A DNA stretch of 59,025 nucleotides, filler included, from Stramenopiles sp. TOSAG23-6 (Eukaryota): assembly GCA_900128565.1 (NCBI GenBank). It is 2 parts of 2 records of this genome, joined end to end, with 100 filler letters (N's around TTAATTAATTAA, not from the genome) between each part and the next. Parts side by side here need not be neighbours in the genome. Positions count along the whole stretch, not along the records: positions 1 to 29,589 come from LT635970.1; 1 more part is not named here. One strand, given 5' to 3'. Below are positions 1 to 13,000 of this stretch, one piece after another. The notes under the pieces were generated by a model that was not told the origin of the DNA, did no database searches, and worked only from the letters and a program-made list of their open reading frames with translations. Made by a program: the position numbers and the translations under genes. How positions within the stretch are numbered: the first letter of the stretch is position 1; the number at the start of each line of letters is the position of its first letter.

Positions 1-196
1 CTAAATAGTGTAAATTATTTCAAAATGTCATCATAAATGAATATAAACNGATNGTATAAAAATGATTGCCTTTTCTAGTTGTATCTTTTTCTAATATGGC
101 ATACCTCAATCCTTCAGTGTGTGATAACCGTAACCCTTCAGTTTGTGATACTGCAAGCACTCCAATTACCATAGATTTAAAAAGTTTGTTTCCCAT
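1..196 (-). CDS. Possible first exon (196-105) of a small secreted protein, followed by a candidate GT-AG intron (104-1)
   Basis: Minus strand reads MGNKLFKSMVIGVLAVSQTEGLRLSHTEGLR (signal-peptide-like), then AG|GTATGC at 104. An AT-rich stretch follows, ending TTTAG at the window edge. Confidence 0.3.
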
Positions 197-1997
197 TTTC
201 TTTTTTTTTAAATATATAATTCAAATAATCAATATGTGAGTGTAAATGAATAAAACATTTGTTGGGTGATTATGCTGTTACAAAAAAAGATATCTAAAAA
301 AAAAATCATCCATGGTACTCAGAGCAACCCTAATTGTTTTTGTGTAGCATTAAATTATGATGGACTTGGCGACTTTGCTTGTTGTCCTGCGTGGAATCTT
401 AGCATTGGTGTCGATTGGTGTCCCAGGCATTACTGGATTTATATTTATTTACTATCTCTGCCAATGTCGATATATACAGTCTTCTGGAGTATTTTGATTG
501 TTAAAGTATTAAATTTCTACTCGTTTTTAAAGTTTTTAAAAGTAAAATAAAAACGGTAGAAATCCCCATACAATCGTACGGTTCCCCCGGGGTAATGTCG
601 AAAGTTCAACTGTCCCAGATTCCGTGTCGTTTGCAACATGTGAGAGAAATCCAATGGTGTGGCAATTCGGTCACATTCTCATAGCAAATAATTAAAAAAA
701 TCGACTCTTGTAGTAGACTAGACCACTATGACATCACTTTGAGATACAACACGACAAGTAAAAGATGTAGCAAAATCTATTCTACAAAGAAAAAGTCAGT
801 TTAATCTCTAGACAAATTTTCAATTAGACAACCAAGCATGCTCAAAAAATGTCATTGCACAAGCTCATTCGTATTTAAAAATTGAACCTCATACGTGTCT
901 TTAGTAAAATGTCATTTCTATTTCCTTTGTCTTTTTCCTTGTCATTTGCCGACCTGGTTGAAAATGACCGAAAACAAATAAAACTTTCACTGACATCTTT
1001 GAATTCATCAAAGTCGATAATCTTTTCATAGAAAATTACACCAAATTAATCTAAAAAAGATCACAGTAACTTTAAATCGAATCATCATGGACATATCAAA
1101 GTCAATGATAGACCTTGAGAATGAAAAAGTTATAAAACAACGTGAAAGTATGCTGATGCCCCGACAAGTTTTCAAGCAGACATTTTTTTACGCATCTACC
1201 AGAGCGTACAAGAGGTGTTGTTCACATTTGAGAAATAGATGGTCGATTATCTTTGATATAGACATTTCATTTCCATTTAGCCACATTTCTAAATACATCA
1301 TTCAGTGGGAAAATCTTTTGCCTTGGCGTCAATCACAAGCTATATCCAAAGAACGAACAACATTGATACCATTGAACTCGACTTGCTACCATTTTTTATT
1401 CACTCATAGTACTGAGTCGTAATTTTCTTCAAAACACATTCTATTTGTGGTTAGTTTATATGGGAAATAATTGTATGATATAGTTTCGACTTACCTTTTG
1501 ATAAGATTTGAGATAATGTAGATTTTGAAATTAAAAGAATTCAATCGTATCTTGTGATATCGACAGCTGTGGTGGTGGATCCAAGTTTTCAAATTTTTGG
1601 ATAATAATAACGTACGAAATTTTGTAACCGTCCGTCGTCAAGGAATCAAACCTCTAAGCCCTATATAAGCAAATTAAATAAGCTTTACTCCTACTACCTT
1701 TAATTGCTTATTGAATTAATTTATTTTTCTAGTGCCCTCTTAGTATCTACGTAGCTAGTATCTTAGTACCTAGTACTACGTACTTATAGTCGCATCGTGG
1801 TCTACACAAAGCAAAATAATAACTATTTCAACTCTAACTACAATTATTAATTAGAGAATACATGAACAACAATCAAATTTATAGTAGAGTTGATGATTAC
1901 AATAGGGGTATATAAAGTATCACTCTTAGCTATCAAATAGATCTAAAACAATATTGGTATCTTTTATTACAAAAGTGATTATGTATGTTAAAAAGAA

Positions 1998-2053
1998 TAA
2001 AGATATAAAGATATAAAGATATAAAGATTTAAAGATTTAAAGATATAAAGATA
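1998..2053 (+). repeat. Tandem 8-mer TAAAGAT(A/T) x7 abutting the start codon
   Basis: Seven units read directly from 1998. The last base is the A of the ATG at 2053. Confidence 0.9.
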
Positions 2054-5000
2054 TGAACTCTAAAGACCGTCAAGCGTTTGAGATTCTTCAGCATCACACG
2101 AAACAAAAATGCGCAGAGATACAAAAACGAGTCCGACAACATCCAAGAAAGCACTTGAAAATTGCCAAACTTCACCAAACAGGTAAAAATAGAATCGATT
2201 TTAGCGGTAAGCTATTCAAAGAAGTAAATCCACTGGAAGAGCTGAAACATTTGCGTTCAGTGTTACGACAACTAAGTATGAAAACAAACCTGGTCAGAAA
2301 GAAAATATCTTTTGGTTCAAAGAATTTTGAAAAAGCCGTCAAAGAACTTCGTGGTCGTATTGATACATTATCCAAACTTGTACAATGTAATGTAAACCCA
2401 CTACAATCATCAAATAGTACGTCTCAAATAACACATATCAATACTATTGGTTCTACAAATTCTACAAAAATTGATAAGAAAGTGAAGAGTTACCGACATT
2501 TAGACAATAGTGCTTTGGAATGTAGGAATAATTTACAAGACCCTAAATCTAGTATAACCTTAAATGATGATTTACGCTGTAATACAAAAAAACATAATAG
2601 TAATAAAACATCAATGTGGACTAATACAACAAAGCATAATAGTAATAAAACATCAATGTGGGACAAAGAGAAATTTGGATGGTGGCTTAAATATAAGACT
2701 GCAGCTTCAATGAATCGACGTGCACATTCTGGTGAGGCCAAAGCTGTAGCAAAACATATGGCATATTCTCGACAGCTACATGACCGCCAGTCGTTCCACC
2801 AAATGACACGCTCATCTCACCATAAATTACTGGCAAGAGAACAAGAAACTAATGCTGGAAAGATAAATCCAAGTCTTAAACGAACACGTCGACCATTAAC
2901 CCCACGTCGCCGATTTATACGAAATTGTGTGGTGAAACGTCTTCTACCAGAACCAAGACTATTGCCAAACTTTGCAGGTGCAGGTTTTGCAGGAAAAATA
3001 GTTGGTTTTCAAGGTTTCAGACGTGGTGTCCATGCGGATCTTGCATTTCATTCATTTCATGCTGGTGATGATTTAGTACTTTCTGCACTAGATGCTGTAA
3101 CAATGGATGGTAAATCTTCAGTGCCAATGCATATGGTTGATGTATCCTCTTGTAATTTAAGTGACAATGGAGTATTTCAGTTGTTATCTAAATTACCGAA
3201 ACATGTGCAAAAACTAGACATTTCCAACAATAAGGAAATTAGTCATCTAGTATATAAAAAACTTGGGGATATTTTGAGTAATAATTCCTATCACTTGGAA
3301 GAATTAGGTCTTGCAAATATGGCAAATAGTGATAGTTCAGGTGGAATTCTTAAAAGTGATGCAATGATATTAGCAAAATCACTATCAAATAATACATCTA
3401 TTTCTCACTTACATCGCTTAAATATGTCAGATTGTGCAATATCCAATGATACAGGGGAAATATTAGCAAAAGCTCTTCAGGTACAAGGAATTATTATTGA
3501 CCTCAATATCTCGTGGAATCAAATATCTTGTTGTGCAGCATTATTTCTAAAAGTAGAGTCTTTAGAACGACTTCGGCTAGATCACAATCCAATTGGAGGT
3601 AATCGTGTTAATATTAAGAATGATATTAATGATAATATTGACAAAAATAATAATAATGATATTATTGATGAGATCAACATGAATACCGAGAATGATATTA
3701 TTGACAATGGCAACATTGATACTAATAATGATACTAATAATGATATGAATAGTAAAAAGAAGAATGGTAAGACTTTTGATGATCCCGTGAAATCTCTGGC
3801 TTGTGCTTTGGCTGAAAATGAAACACTGCTACATATCGATCTCAGCTACTGTCATTTCACCTCCGCTCAAGCGTGGGCATTGGGAGACTCTCTCATTAGT
3901 AATTCTACATTACTGGGATTTCATATAAATGGAACGTATTTAAAACATGAAACGAAAGGCCTCCTTTCAAAACATTCAATCATTGAAAATCAAAAAGAGT
4001 CTGCTGTTTTTGTAACTAATCCAAAAGGATTTTTGGTATCAAGACAACAAACACAAGTTTATTACGATCCTCGTCATGTTTTGGTAAATGGAATACCACT
4101 TGATAAAACCAAAAATAAAACTGCAAGGAAAATAATTACAGCCTCGAGAAATAAAATATGGTTAAAACAACCTTGTGTATTAAGTAATGTCACATCCCAA
4201 TGGCATAATATTGATGCACATTGCTGGTTATGTGGAGGTTGGAATGAAGAGGCATTTTGTTTCTCAAAAGAATATATTAAAGAGCAAGAAGATACAGCAA
4301 TTAATTGGGACGACAAAAGTGAAGTATACTTACATTTGCATTGTGACGCTTGGGAAGGTACAAAAATGAAAAGGGGTGCATACGTTCATCATAGAGTCAA
4401 GCTAGAAAATTCTGCTATACTTCATCGTGTTCTCCCACCAGGTAGAAATTATTTCTTCTTTTCTGTCAAAGGTAAAAGGGTTCTTTCAAATATGTATCAC
4501 ATCGAATATCCTCAAAAGTCTGTCACAGTCTTAAACAAGGATATGATTAAAAAATGTTTAAGCCAAACATTACATACATCGATCCCGGTATATGAAAAGG
4601 CACGTAATAGAGATATTAACTTCGCTACTGGGCAAACGAGTGATATAATATTCACAAATACACACCGTAAAACTTATAACAATGAATATCAAATTTATTT
4701 GAACTATATAGATGTAGAACTTAGAGATGGTCCTCTGCGACTTCCACATGTACATATAAGAGACATTGTCTCTCGTCAGAAAAAAAAAAATCAAAAAAAT
4801 CAAATTTAATCCAAAGCGAAGCATTTTTGCACCTCGAAGAAAACACACCGAGTCGAGAGCATTCACTGACCCACCAAAGTTTATGCATAATGCTTTTCTG
4901 ATTGATTGGAAACTTGCACATCACGAACGATGTCGAATATGGAGTTCTTTGTCAGACGAAAATGATAGGAATGCAATAAAAGCATTTATGGGATCAAATT

Positions 5001-6055
5001 ATCATTCTCTTATGATGTTATTTTTATATCAATCAGTAGAAAATGCACCTCTTGCTAGTGAAAAGCTACTATGGACAATGTCCGCACACAGGCTCGAGAC
5101 ACTTACAATTCTGGCGAAGCTTATTACCACAGAACACACTGTCACTAATGATATACATATTCCAAGGATGTGCAATTCAATAAATTCGCAGAACACAACA
5201 CATGAAAAAACAAATACAATGGGATTTAGTATCCGCTCACTTGATCAAATATTTAGCTCTTCGACTGTGCAATACGCGCATGATTATGATGGACAACTAG
5301 CAGAAGAGAATAACCCAAAGAAAGTGTTGACGCGTTTTGAATTTCTCAATGCAATACTGCGGATAGCAGAATACAAAGGTCGTGAATGGGGCCTATTTGG
5401 TGGATCAGACACAAAGAAAGATAATGATACAATTAAAAGCTCAGATTCATCGCTAACAACTGCCAAGGGAAAGAGCCATTTGAAAGCTCTAAAAAAAGTT
5501 GTATGTTCTCTTTTAGGAGCTACATGTAATGTTGATCCCAATATATTTCGTGAAAATCGATTATATACACAAAGTACAGATCAAGCGTTGCTCAAATGCT
5601 CTGTAACTCTTAGGAAAATATTTAATCTGTTTCGGGAGGAATATAATAGTACTGCTCTAGCACAACATGGGTGGTTTTCCTATGGCTGCTGGGTACATTT
5701 AATACATGATGGTACTTGTATATTAACGGGCTCTCATCATAAAAAAGACAATGATATAGCAAATAGCGATTTAAAAAACACGATTACACATGATGGTATT
5801 GAATTTGATGAATCCCAGATGACACATTGTTTCGTGCGATCATGTTTGTATGTACGCAATCAATTGCACACAGAAAAACATCAATTCTTAAGCTTTGAGG
5901 ATTTTATTGAGGCGATTTGTCGTGTCGCCGATGCAAAATATGAGCCAGTAGGAAAAGGAGATTTATCAATAAAAGTAAACAAGTTAGTGACGCAATATTT
6001 ACAGCCTGCATTAAAATGGAAACTGCAAGAGATTAAAGCAGGACACTCAAAATAA
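2053..6055 (+). CDS. RNI/NLRC3-like leucine-rich-repeat protein with a helical, EF-hand-like C-terminus; frame break at the A11 run (4780-4790)
   Basis: LRR motifs LDISNN, LNMSDCAI, LNISWNQI, LRLDHNPIG, IDLSYC. ORFs 2053-4809 and 4766-6055 join if one A is removed from the run. Confidence 0.75.
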
Positions 6056-6278
6056 TGTATACAATAATCAAACGACAAAACACAAATTTATATAAATTTT
6101 ATTCATTAGATTTGGAATGACTACATTTGTTTTCTTCTACATTTATCTGTGTGCAGAATTTTATAATCTCTAGAAGGAAGCGATAAATTTTGTGTAATCG
6201 TGTTATTTTTACTACAACATGTCCGACATATTCTATTTTACATCATACTACATTCTCTTCAGACTTTGATAATTTAAT

Positions 6279-9200
6279 TTACGGGCTCATTTTGTTTTGA
6301 GTTTTGTTTGTTGTCGTTTTGTTTTTCATCAAATTATCTTGTATTTGGTCTGTATTATTTGATTTTGTTCCAATTGTATACCCTTTGCCATTCATAGATT
6401 CAAAGGAACTATTAGGAAAAGATAATTGAGATGAGTCTATTAGACAGAGACGGATTACATGTCCCTGTACAATGAGTGGTTTACCAATCAATGATTTATC
6501 TGCAGAGTTATATGATGGACTGAAGAATGTAGATAGTATTTGTTTGTCTTTTCTTGTTTTGCATATTATACAAATACCTCGAAGATCAGCTGCAACAGCT
6601 TTTACTTCAACGTAATTAGATAAAGACGCAGATGTTTGAATTGTATTGAGCAAAGCATTAAATTGAGGTTGTTTTTCATTTGTTTCAGACAGTGTTGGTA
6701 GAACCATTAATGTTGGAAGTATTGTTTTTGAATATAGCCATACACACCTTTCTTCATCATTCAAAGAGTTTTCAATCCATTTCTCCTGAAACTTTGAAAA
6801 TAATCCATTCGATGATACTCCTAAATATTTTCGTTCCGGCGGGGAAATGTAAGCAACATATTCATCGCGGTTAGTGGTATTATGACTACAACTTTTATTT
6901 TCATCAAATATGTTAGAATGTATTGATTGTCCTTTTGTATACCCGAATGGTGTTGATCCTTGTCTTACATCACGTATACTTGAATGGCTTCTTGGTTCTA
7001 CTTTTGAATTTGCATTTGCTCTTATTGTTCGAGAAATATTTCTTTTGAACACATATGTATCCCTTTTCGTTTTTTTCCTAAATCTGTGATCAACGTGAAT
7101 ACGATCGACAGATACTTTACTTTTAGGAATTCTATCTCGGAATATTACATCACATGCTTTAATACACACGGGAACTTCCGACCCAGAAGGAGCTGCACAA
7201 CAGTATACATGTGCAATTTTACCAGGAACCCATTGATGTTGGCAATAGACAAAGACACGCATGCCCCGTTTTAATTGGGAAGCTTTTTCGATATTTGAGT
7301 AAAGTTTCTTTGTTTTTGTCTGTCGCTTTTTATGGTATAATAATCTCCGAACACTAACGGGTTTGCACAGCCGAATTGACGCGGCAGGAACTGCAAATTC
7401 CGTCATGCCATTATTGTACAGAATATCGAATAAAACAGAAGAGTCAGAAGAGTTTTTGTGCAATAAATATTCTTCAATTACGACACCTTTAAACCATTTC
7501 ATATTTTTTCCATTACTTCGAAATACTTCAACATGCTCACTCTTACGAGGTAATGCTCCATCAAAGAAACAAGAATCATCTGATGTTTCAATACTACTAC
7601 TAGTTGTTTCTTGATTATAATTATCAGAACTATTATAATTATCAGAACTATTATGATTATCAGAACTATTAGATCTATTAGAACTACTAGAATCATCACA
7701 ACTAGTATATTCAGTTGAATTAAATCCACTTGATGAGATTGACAAATTAGATGAAATTTTGTTCTCTTTGCTTTCATGTTTTTTTGAATTTTTACTCTCT
7801 TTGAAGTGTACAATTTTGAATATCTTTTTCACCATTGATATATCAATATTCTTATCTGTATCACCATTTTCAAATAAAATATCAAATTTTGATGCAGAGC
7901 GTATTCGAGTTACTTTTCCTTTATAAATTTTCCCCCTACGATGGTATTTCATTTCTATTTTTTCACCAATACTCAAAACGGATTTATCCCTTGACGTGCA
8001 ATATTTGATTGACACATCTGAACTAGAATAATCACTGTTTGAACAAAGAACCTTTTTATGATCACTTCGATTACAAGATTCTTGAAGGATTCTTGGCGCA
8101 GCTCCATATTTACGCATCAATTTTTTGTACAACTCATGCTCCTTCCCTCGAAAATAACGTAATTGCTCTCGAGCTTTCGAAACTGCATTATTTGATTCTG
8201 CAACCCGTTTTCTTATAAAAAAATCAACCAATGCTTTTTTTTGTATTTGTCTTAAATGTGTTGGCGACTTTACAACGCTTTTGGAGTGATATGACATTGC
8301 TTTTGATTGTTTTACACGAAGATCCTTTGGTTTCAAAAACGACTGATTTGTTCCATCGGTAAATTGTACATCAAATGTACCATCACGATTAGCGTGTTGT
8401 ATAGTGCAAATCATCCACTTGGATGTGCAGCGAAACCTTCCTTCCATTTGAGATCCAATCTGATAAGGCATAAGTGAAGAATCACTATCATAATTTTCAT
8501 GTTTTTTTTTCTTTTTGTTTAATGGATTAGTTTTATGTTTTGATTTCTTATTTATATCATTATTTTTATCCACAGTGCGTACAAAATTTTTCTTAATTTC
8601 CTTACGATTCGTTGACGATGAAGCTTTTGAATAAAATTGTCGACTTTTTGCTTCAATTACACGGTTGTCTATATTTTTATTATTATAGTTTGGCGAATTT
8701 GTTGAAGATAATTTTTGTTCTACATAATCGCTTTGTTTTGTATCAACAACAAGTTTATTTCCTGAGGACTGACCAAGATCAGCAACTGCTTGTGGCGCCG
8801 AACCATATTTTTTACATAAACCATCATATAACATCAATTCACGATTTTTGAACTTTGTCAATATACTTTTAGCTTTAGATATATTTGCTCTTGTAGGATC
8901 ATGCATTTGATAGAAATCACATAATGCTTTTAATGCTTTTCGTTCCATCAATTGCAGATCACGAGAAACATGCTTCTTCAATGATTTACTATGTTTCTCC
9001 TTTGTCAACCATGATTCTTTTGTTCTTTTATCATTACTTTTACAACGTCTGGCAGAATCTGGTCTTTTTTTAAATATAGAAGTACCTGCTTCAAATGTTT
9101 CTCTGTTTATTGACTCTCCAGCAGATCCAGGTCTCTGAAGTAATTTATTAGAAGATGTATTTGATGAATTCTTATTTTGGAATCTGGAGAATTGTTTTAA

Positions 9201-9695
9201 TTGTTTTTTGCTAGATACTGTTGGAATCACACCAGTGGATTTGTTTTTTTGAGTATTGAGGGATTTTCCATCATACTTAGTTTCTTCCGAAGGTGCCAAT
9301 AAAGACACTTCTTCAGTGTTTTCAGAATGATCTATNTGATGCTTTGGTGTAATTGACCTCGATAACAGTTGGAATGATGAATCAGTGTCAGCAGATAGTG
9401 GGCGCGTCCGTAATTTAGGAGAACGACGATGGGTCGTACTTTCATTTTGCATTTGGGGAAACGTTGTTGAAAGATTACTTTGAGGACTAGAACTTTGTGG
9501 ACTAGAAACACTTGGGAAGACACGCAATTGAGCATTTAATTGTATTTTTGATGGATCATCGTTATCATCTGAGGTTGTTCGTTTTCTAGAGATTTGTCTG
9601 GTAGTTGCATGACTAAACCTGCTTGCAGAACTAGGACGTATCGTTGGTGTACGCACATGACTAGAACGAGTTGATCTGCCTCTACCCCCTGGCAT
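6279..9695 (-). CDS. 1138-aa protein with several Tudor/Agenet-like domains and two helical repeats ending in KYG
   Basis: GSQMEGRFRCTSKWMICTIQHANRDGTFDVQFTDG and GEKIEMKYHRRGKIYKGKVTRIRSASKFDILFENGD. Repeat ALxDF(Y/F)...FxxxExxLYxxLxxKYG occurs twice. Ser/Lys-rich linkers. Confidence 0.7.
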   Translation of the reverse strand: MPGGRGRSTRSSHVRTPTIRPSSASRFSHATTRQISRKRTTSDDNDDPSKIQLNAQLRVFPSVSSPQSSSPQSNLSTTFPQMQNESTTHRRSPKLRTRPLSADTDSSFQLLSRSITPKHXIDHSENTEEVSLLAPSEETKYDGKSLNTQKNKSTGVIPTVSSKKQLKQFSRFQNKNSSNTSSNKLLQRPGSAGESINRETFEAGTSIFKKRPDSARRCKSNDKRTKESWLTKEKHSKSLKKHVSRDLQLMERKALKALCDFYQMHDPTRANISKAKSILTKFKNRELMLYDGLCKKYGSAPQAVADLGQSSGNKLVVDTKQSDYVEQKLSSTNSPNYNNKNIDNRVIEAKSRQFYSKASSSTNRKEIKKNFVRTVDKNNDINKKSKHKTNPLNKKKKKHENYDSDSSLMPYQIGSQMEGRFRCTSKWMICTIQHANRDGTFDVQFTDGTNQSFLKPKDLRVKQSKAMSYHSKSVVKSPTHLRQIQKKALVDFFIRKRVAESNNAVSKAREQLRYFRGKEHELYKKLMRKYGAAPRILQESCNRSDHKKVLCSNSDYSSSDVSIKYCTSRDKSVLSIGEKIEMKYHRRGKIYKGKVTRIRSASKFDILFENGDTDKNIDISMVKKIFKIVHFKESKNSKKHESKENKISSNLSISSSGFNSTEYTSCDDSSSSNRSNSSDNHNSSDNYNSSDNYNQETTSSSIETSDDSCFFDGALPRKSEHVEVFRSNGKNMKWFKGVVIEEYLLHKNSSDSSVLFDILYNNGMTEFAVPAASIRLCKPVSVRRLLYHKKRQTKTKKLYSNIEKASQLKRGMRVFVYCQHQWVPGKIAHVYCCAAPSGSEVPVCIKACDVIFRDRIPKSKVSVDRIHVDHRFRKKTKRDTYVFKRNISRTIRANANSKVEPRSHSSIRDVRQGSTPFGYTKGQSIHSNIFDENKSCSHNTTNRDEYVAYISPPERKYLGVSSNGLFSKFQEKWIENSLNDEERCVWLYSKTILPTLMVLPTLSETNEKQPQFNALLNTIQTSASLSNYVEVKAVAADLRGICIICKTRKDKQILSTFFSPSYNSADKSLIGKPLIVQGHVIRLCLIDSSQLSFPNSSFESMNGKGYTIGTKSNNTDQIQDNLMKNKTTTNKTQNKMSP

Positions 9696-10039
9696 CTCTT
9701 TATTCTAGAATCAAAACACCATTTTTGCGTAATAATACGCATTCATATTTTTCTATGCTACTCTCGGATAATGACGAGAAAATGATGACAAGAAACTCCT
9801 ACAATTTTTATTCGAGTTTAAATTGAGGTCATAGTAGTAATAGTGGTGGTACCCTACTAGCTAAAGTAAATTATACTAGCTAGTATGTAACTGACTGNCC
9901 GTTGTTGTTATTATTTATTGTTGTGTGTGTTGAAAACGAATTGGAACAGGTTTGTGACGACGTTNAAAAAAAAGGAAAATTCTCTAATAATTCATTGAAA
10001 AAGAGTTAACGAATTAATATCAACATTGCTTTTAATTAA

Positions 10040-13000
10040 TTATTTTTTATGATGAGAGACATTTCCCTTTTTTTTTCTCAATTTTGCCCGAGCTAAAATG
10101 ACATTTTTAACCGTCTTCCATCCAATAATATTAGGCCGTATAATAGAACGCTCTTTAGTAATAACATTTTCTTTTTCTTTATTCGAATATGAAATAGAAT
10201 CATTCCTTTTCCCTTCAATATTTTCCTTGAAATTTTTGAACATTAGAAAAGTTTCTTCAAATGATTTACCTGATTCACAAGAACTTGCAGTTTGATATAA
10301 AACATCCGATATTTCTTCAAGAAGATCATTTATATCAAATTTACAATGACTATGGGCAATGTCGCGAATATATTCACTAAATAGATGCAATAACATCGCA
10401 GTTTCATCTTTAAATATATGATGAAATGTATTACAAGGTCTAGATGATTGAAGTAAAGATGAACTATTCAATGTTGGGTTTTCGTTATTGATACTGAAAC
10501 TGTGAGTGTTACTTAATGAAGATAAAACACCCGACTGTGATGATTGTACATTCTTATTTTTTGTTACTGTTTGATTTAGACTACGTGATGATATAAAAGA
10601 AGTTGTGTTTCGTCTTGAATGAGATGCAGATGCAGCCCGCGTAATTTGAAAATTAGTTTTAGGTTTAAACTCAGAAACGTATGAAGAAGTCAAAGTGTTT
10701 TTGAATGAAGAAGTCAAAGTCCCTATTGGTCTATTTGTTCTGGAATTTTCTAAATGATTCATCTCAAGTGGATAAGTTTTTTCTGTCATTGATCCAGGTA
10801 GAGTTGGGAAAACTACACTTGTATTACTTTTAGTATCATCCGATGTTTCAATATTTGTTTCAGAAGTATTTGTACAAATGAAATCTTGATTAATGTCTAA
10901 AACATTTTCAAGATTTTTTTTTATGCACGGTTACATCTGGATCAGATACATCTACTAAAAAAACGTCACTAGAATTATTACACCTCGTTTCTTGTTCTTC
11001 AAGAGCTTTTTTTTGTAATTTTTGTCGATCTCTTTGGAAATCATCAAAATCTGAACCACCTCTCATTCTCAATCTTGTTTGTGTCGAGGATTGAAGAATT
11101 TTCACACAGAACTCTCGGCCACATCGTATAGCAAGGTCAAGTGGCCGACAACTATACACATCCTTCACATATGTTTGAGCACCAGCATTAACTAACAATT
11201 TTGTCACTTCTAAATGTCCCATTGCAGCTGCAAGATGTAAAGCAGTACGACCATACTTCGTGACTGTATCAAGTGGTGCGCCAGCATCAATAAGTAAAGT
11301 CACAGTTTGTGAATGTCCATTACGTGCTGCTGCATGCAATGCTGTATTTTTATGAAACGATTGAAAAATATCACATTTATCATCTGACCCACCCCACAAC
11401 TGCTCATATTGTTGTGCCCCTTTATCCAATAGTAGTTTTACTACAGAATCAAGACCCATACCACATGCAATATGTAAAGGTCTTGCAGATGTTGTGATTG
11501 TAGCTCGTACTTCAGATATATCAGATAAAATTTGGGACGATTCGAGCACACAATTTTTCATGTTTTCAGAATTTGATGTTTTTGATAAAATTGGGACTAC
11601 ATTCATTTGTATAATATTATATGTTAAATCAAATTTTGCACCTTCTGAGAGCAATAGTTGTGCAATATTAGATCTACCTCTTTCTAATGCGATATGCAGT
11701 GCTGTTTTATCATAATATCTAGCTGCTATATATTCCCTCTGTAATTTGAGTAAAAACCAATCTTTACGTACAAAATCCTCATTTTTATCATCAGTATTTG
11801 ACGACCTATATTCGATATTGTTAAATCTATTAAATTTCCGAAATACGTTTCTTGAGGAATCTTGTTTTTTACTTGAAACATTCGTCACACGAATGAAATC
11901 AGAATTTGGTAATTTCATTCGTTGATTAACATTTGCTCCATTCTGTATAAGCAATTTTGCAATGCACATGTCAACATTTTCTTTGCCTATTCTATCACAA
12001 AATTTCGTGTCAGTAATACTTTTACTTTTATATTTTCTGTTATTCATTTCATTATTATTAAAACCTCGACTTATCCAATGTAATGATGTGAATCCATACT
12101 CTGTGGCACAAGAATTTTGACTATATTTTTCAATTATATCCATATAACTATTTACATCTACTTTTACACCCTCTTTCTCATCAAAAGTTTCACCAAATTG
12201 TTTTGCAAATTCACTTGATTTTGAAACTTTCATATTTATTACTTGTTTGATTGCACGTACATTTCTTTCCATTACTGCGACATGAAGAATGCTGTTCAGT
12301 ACATCACACATAGGACCCTTTTGAGATCGAAAAGACAGTGAAGACTCTGTAGAAAAATTCATTGGTATAGATGCTGTTGGTGTACTTGTACTATTCCTTT
12401 CGCCATCAATATATGCACCATTTACAACGAGAAAAGCTACAGCAGTTGTCCAAGCTCGATCACATTTAATGCGCTTTTCATGCAAAGAATACTTCTCCCC
12501 CAAAAATCGTAGTCCTACTTTAGTGTTTTCAATAAATTTATCCTCTCGCATCGGCGCTGCTACCGAAGGTATTGTAACAAGTTCTAGTATAGAATTTCTA
12601 TGAAGTGAACGAAATGTTTTCTTCTTATGATTATGTACACTTCGATCATCGGACCGTGTTTTCTTCTTATGATTATGTATACTTTGATCATCGGGTCGTG
12701 TTTTCTTCTTATGATTCTGTACACTTTGATCATCGGACCATGTACTAGATGGCATTGATTGGTTAATATTTCCATGAAATGAATCAGATGTAAATCCAAG
12801 ATCGAATCTAGTAGATTCATTTGGAATAGAAGTATGTTGAATAGGCAGTATATATTCTTTAGTATTAGAGTAACTATATTCACTGTCTTTTCTTACACTT
12901 TGATGAAGAAATACTGAAGACTCAAAATCTGTACGAGGATTCTTCAAAACTTCATTTCTCATATTTCTAGAAAAAATAGGTAGTTTTGATTTGGATAATT

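Noticed and set aside
266-1422. Short plus-strand ORFs 266-550 and 1087-1422
   Set aside because: No recognisable motifs; lengths are compatible with chance.
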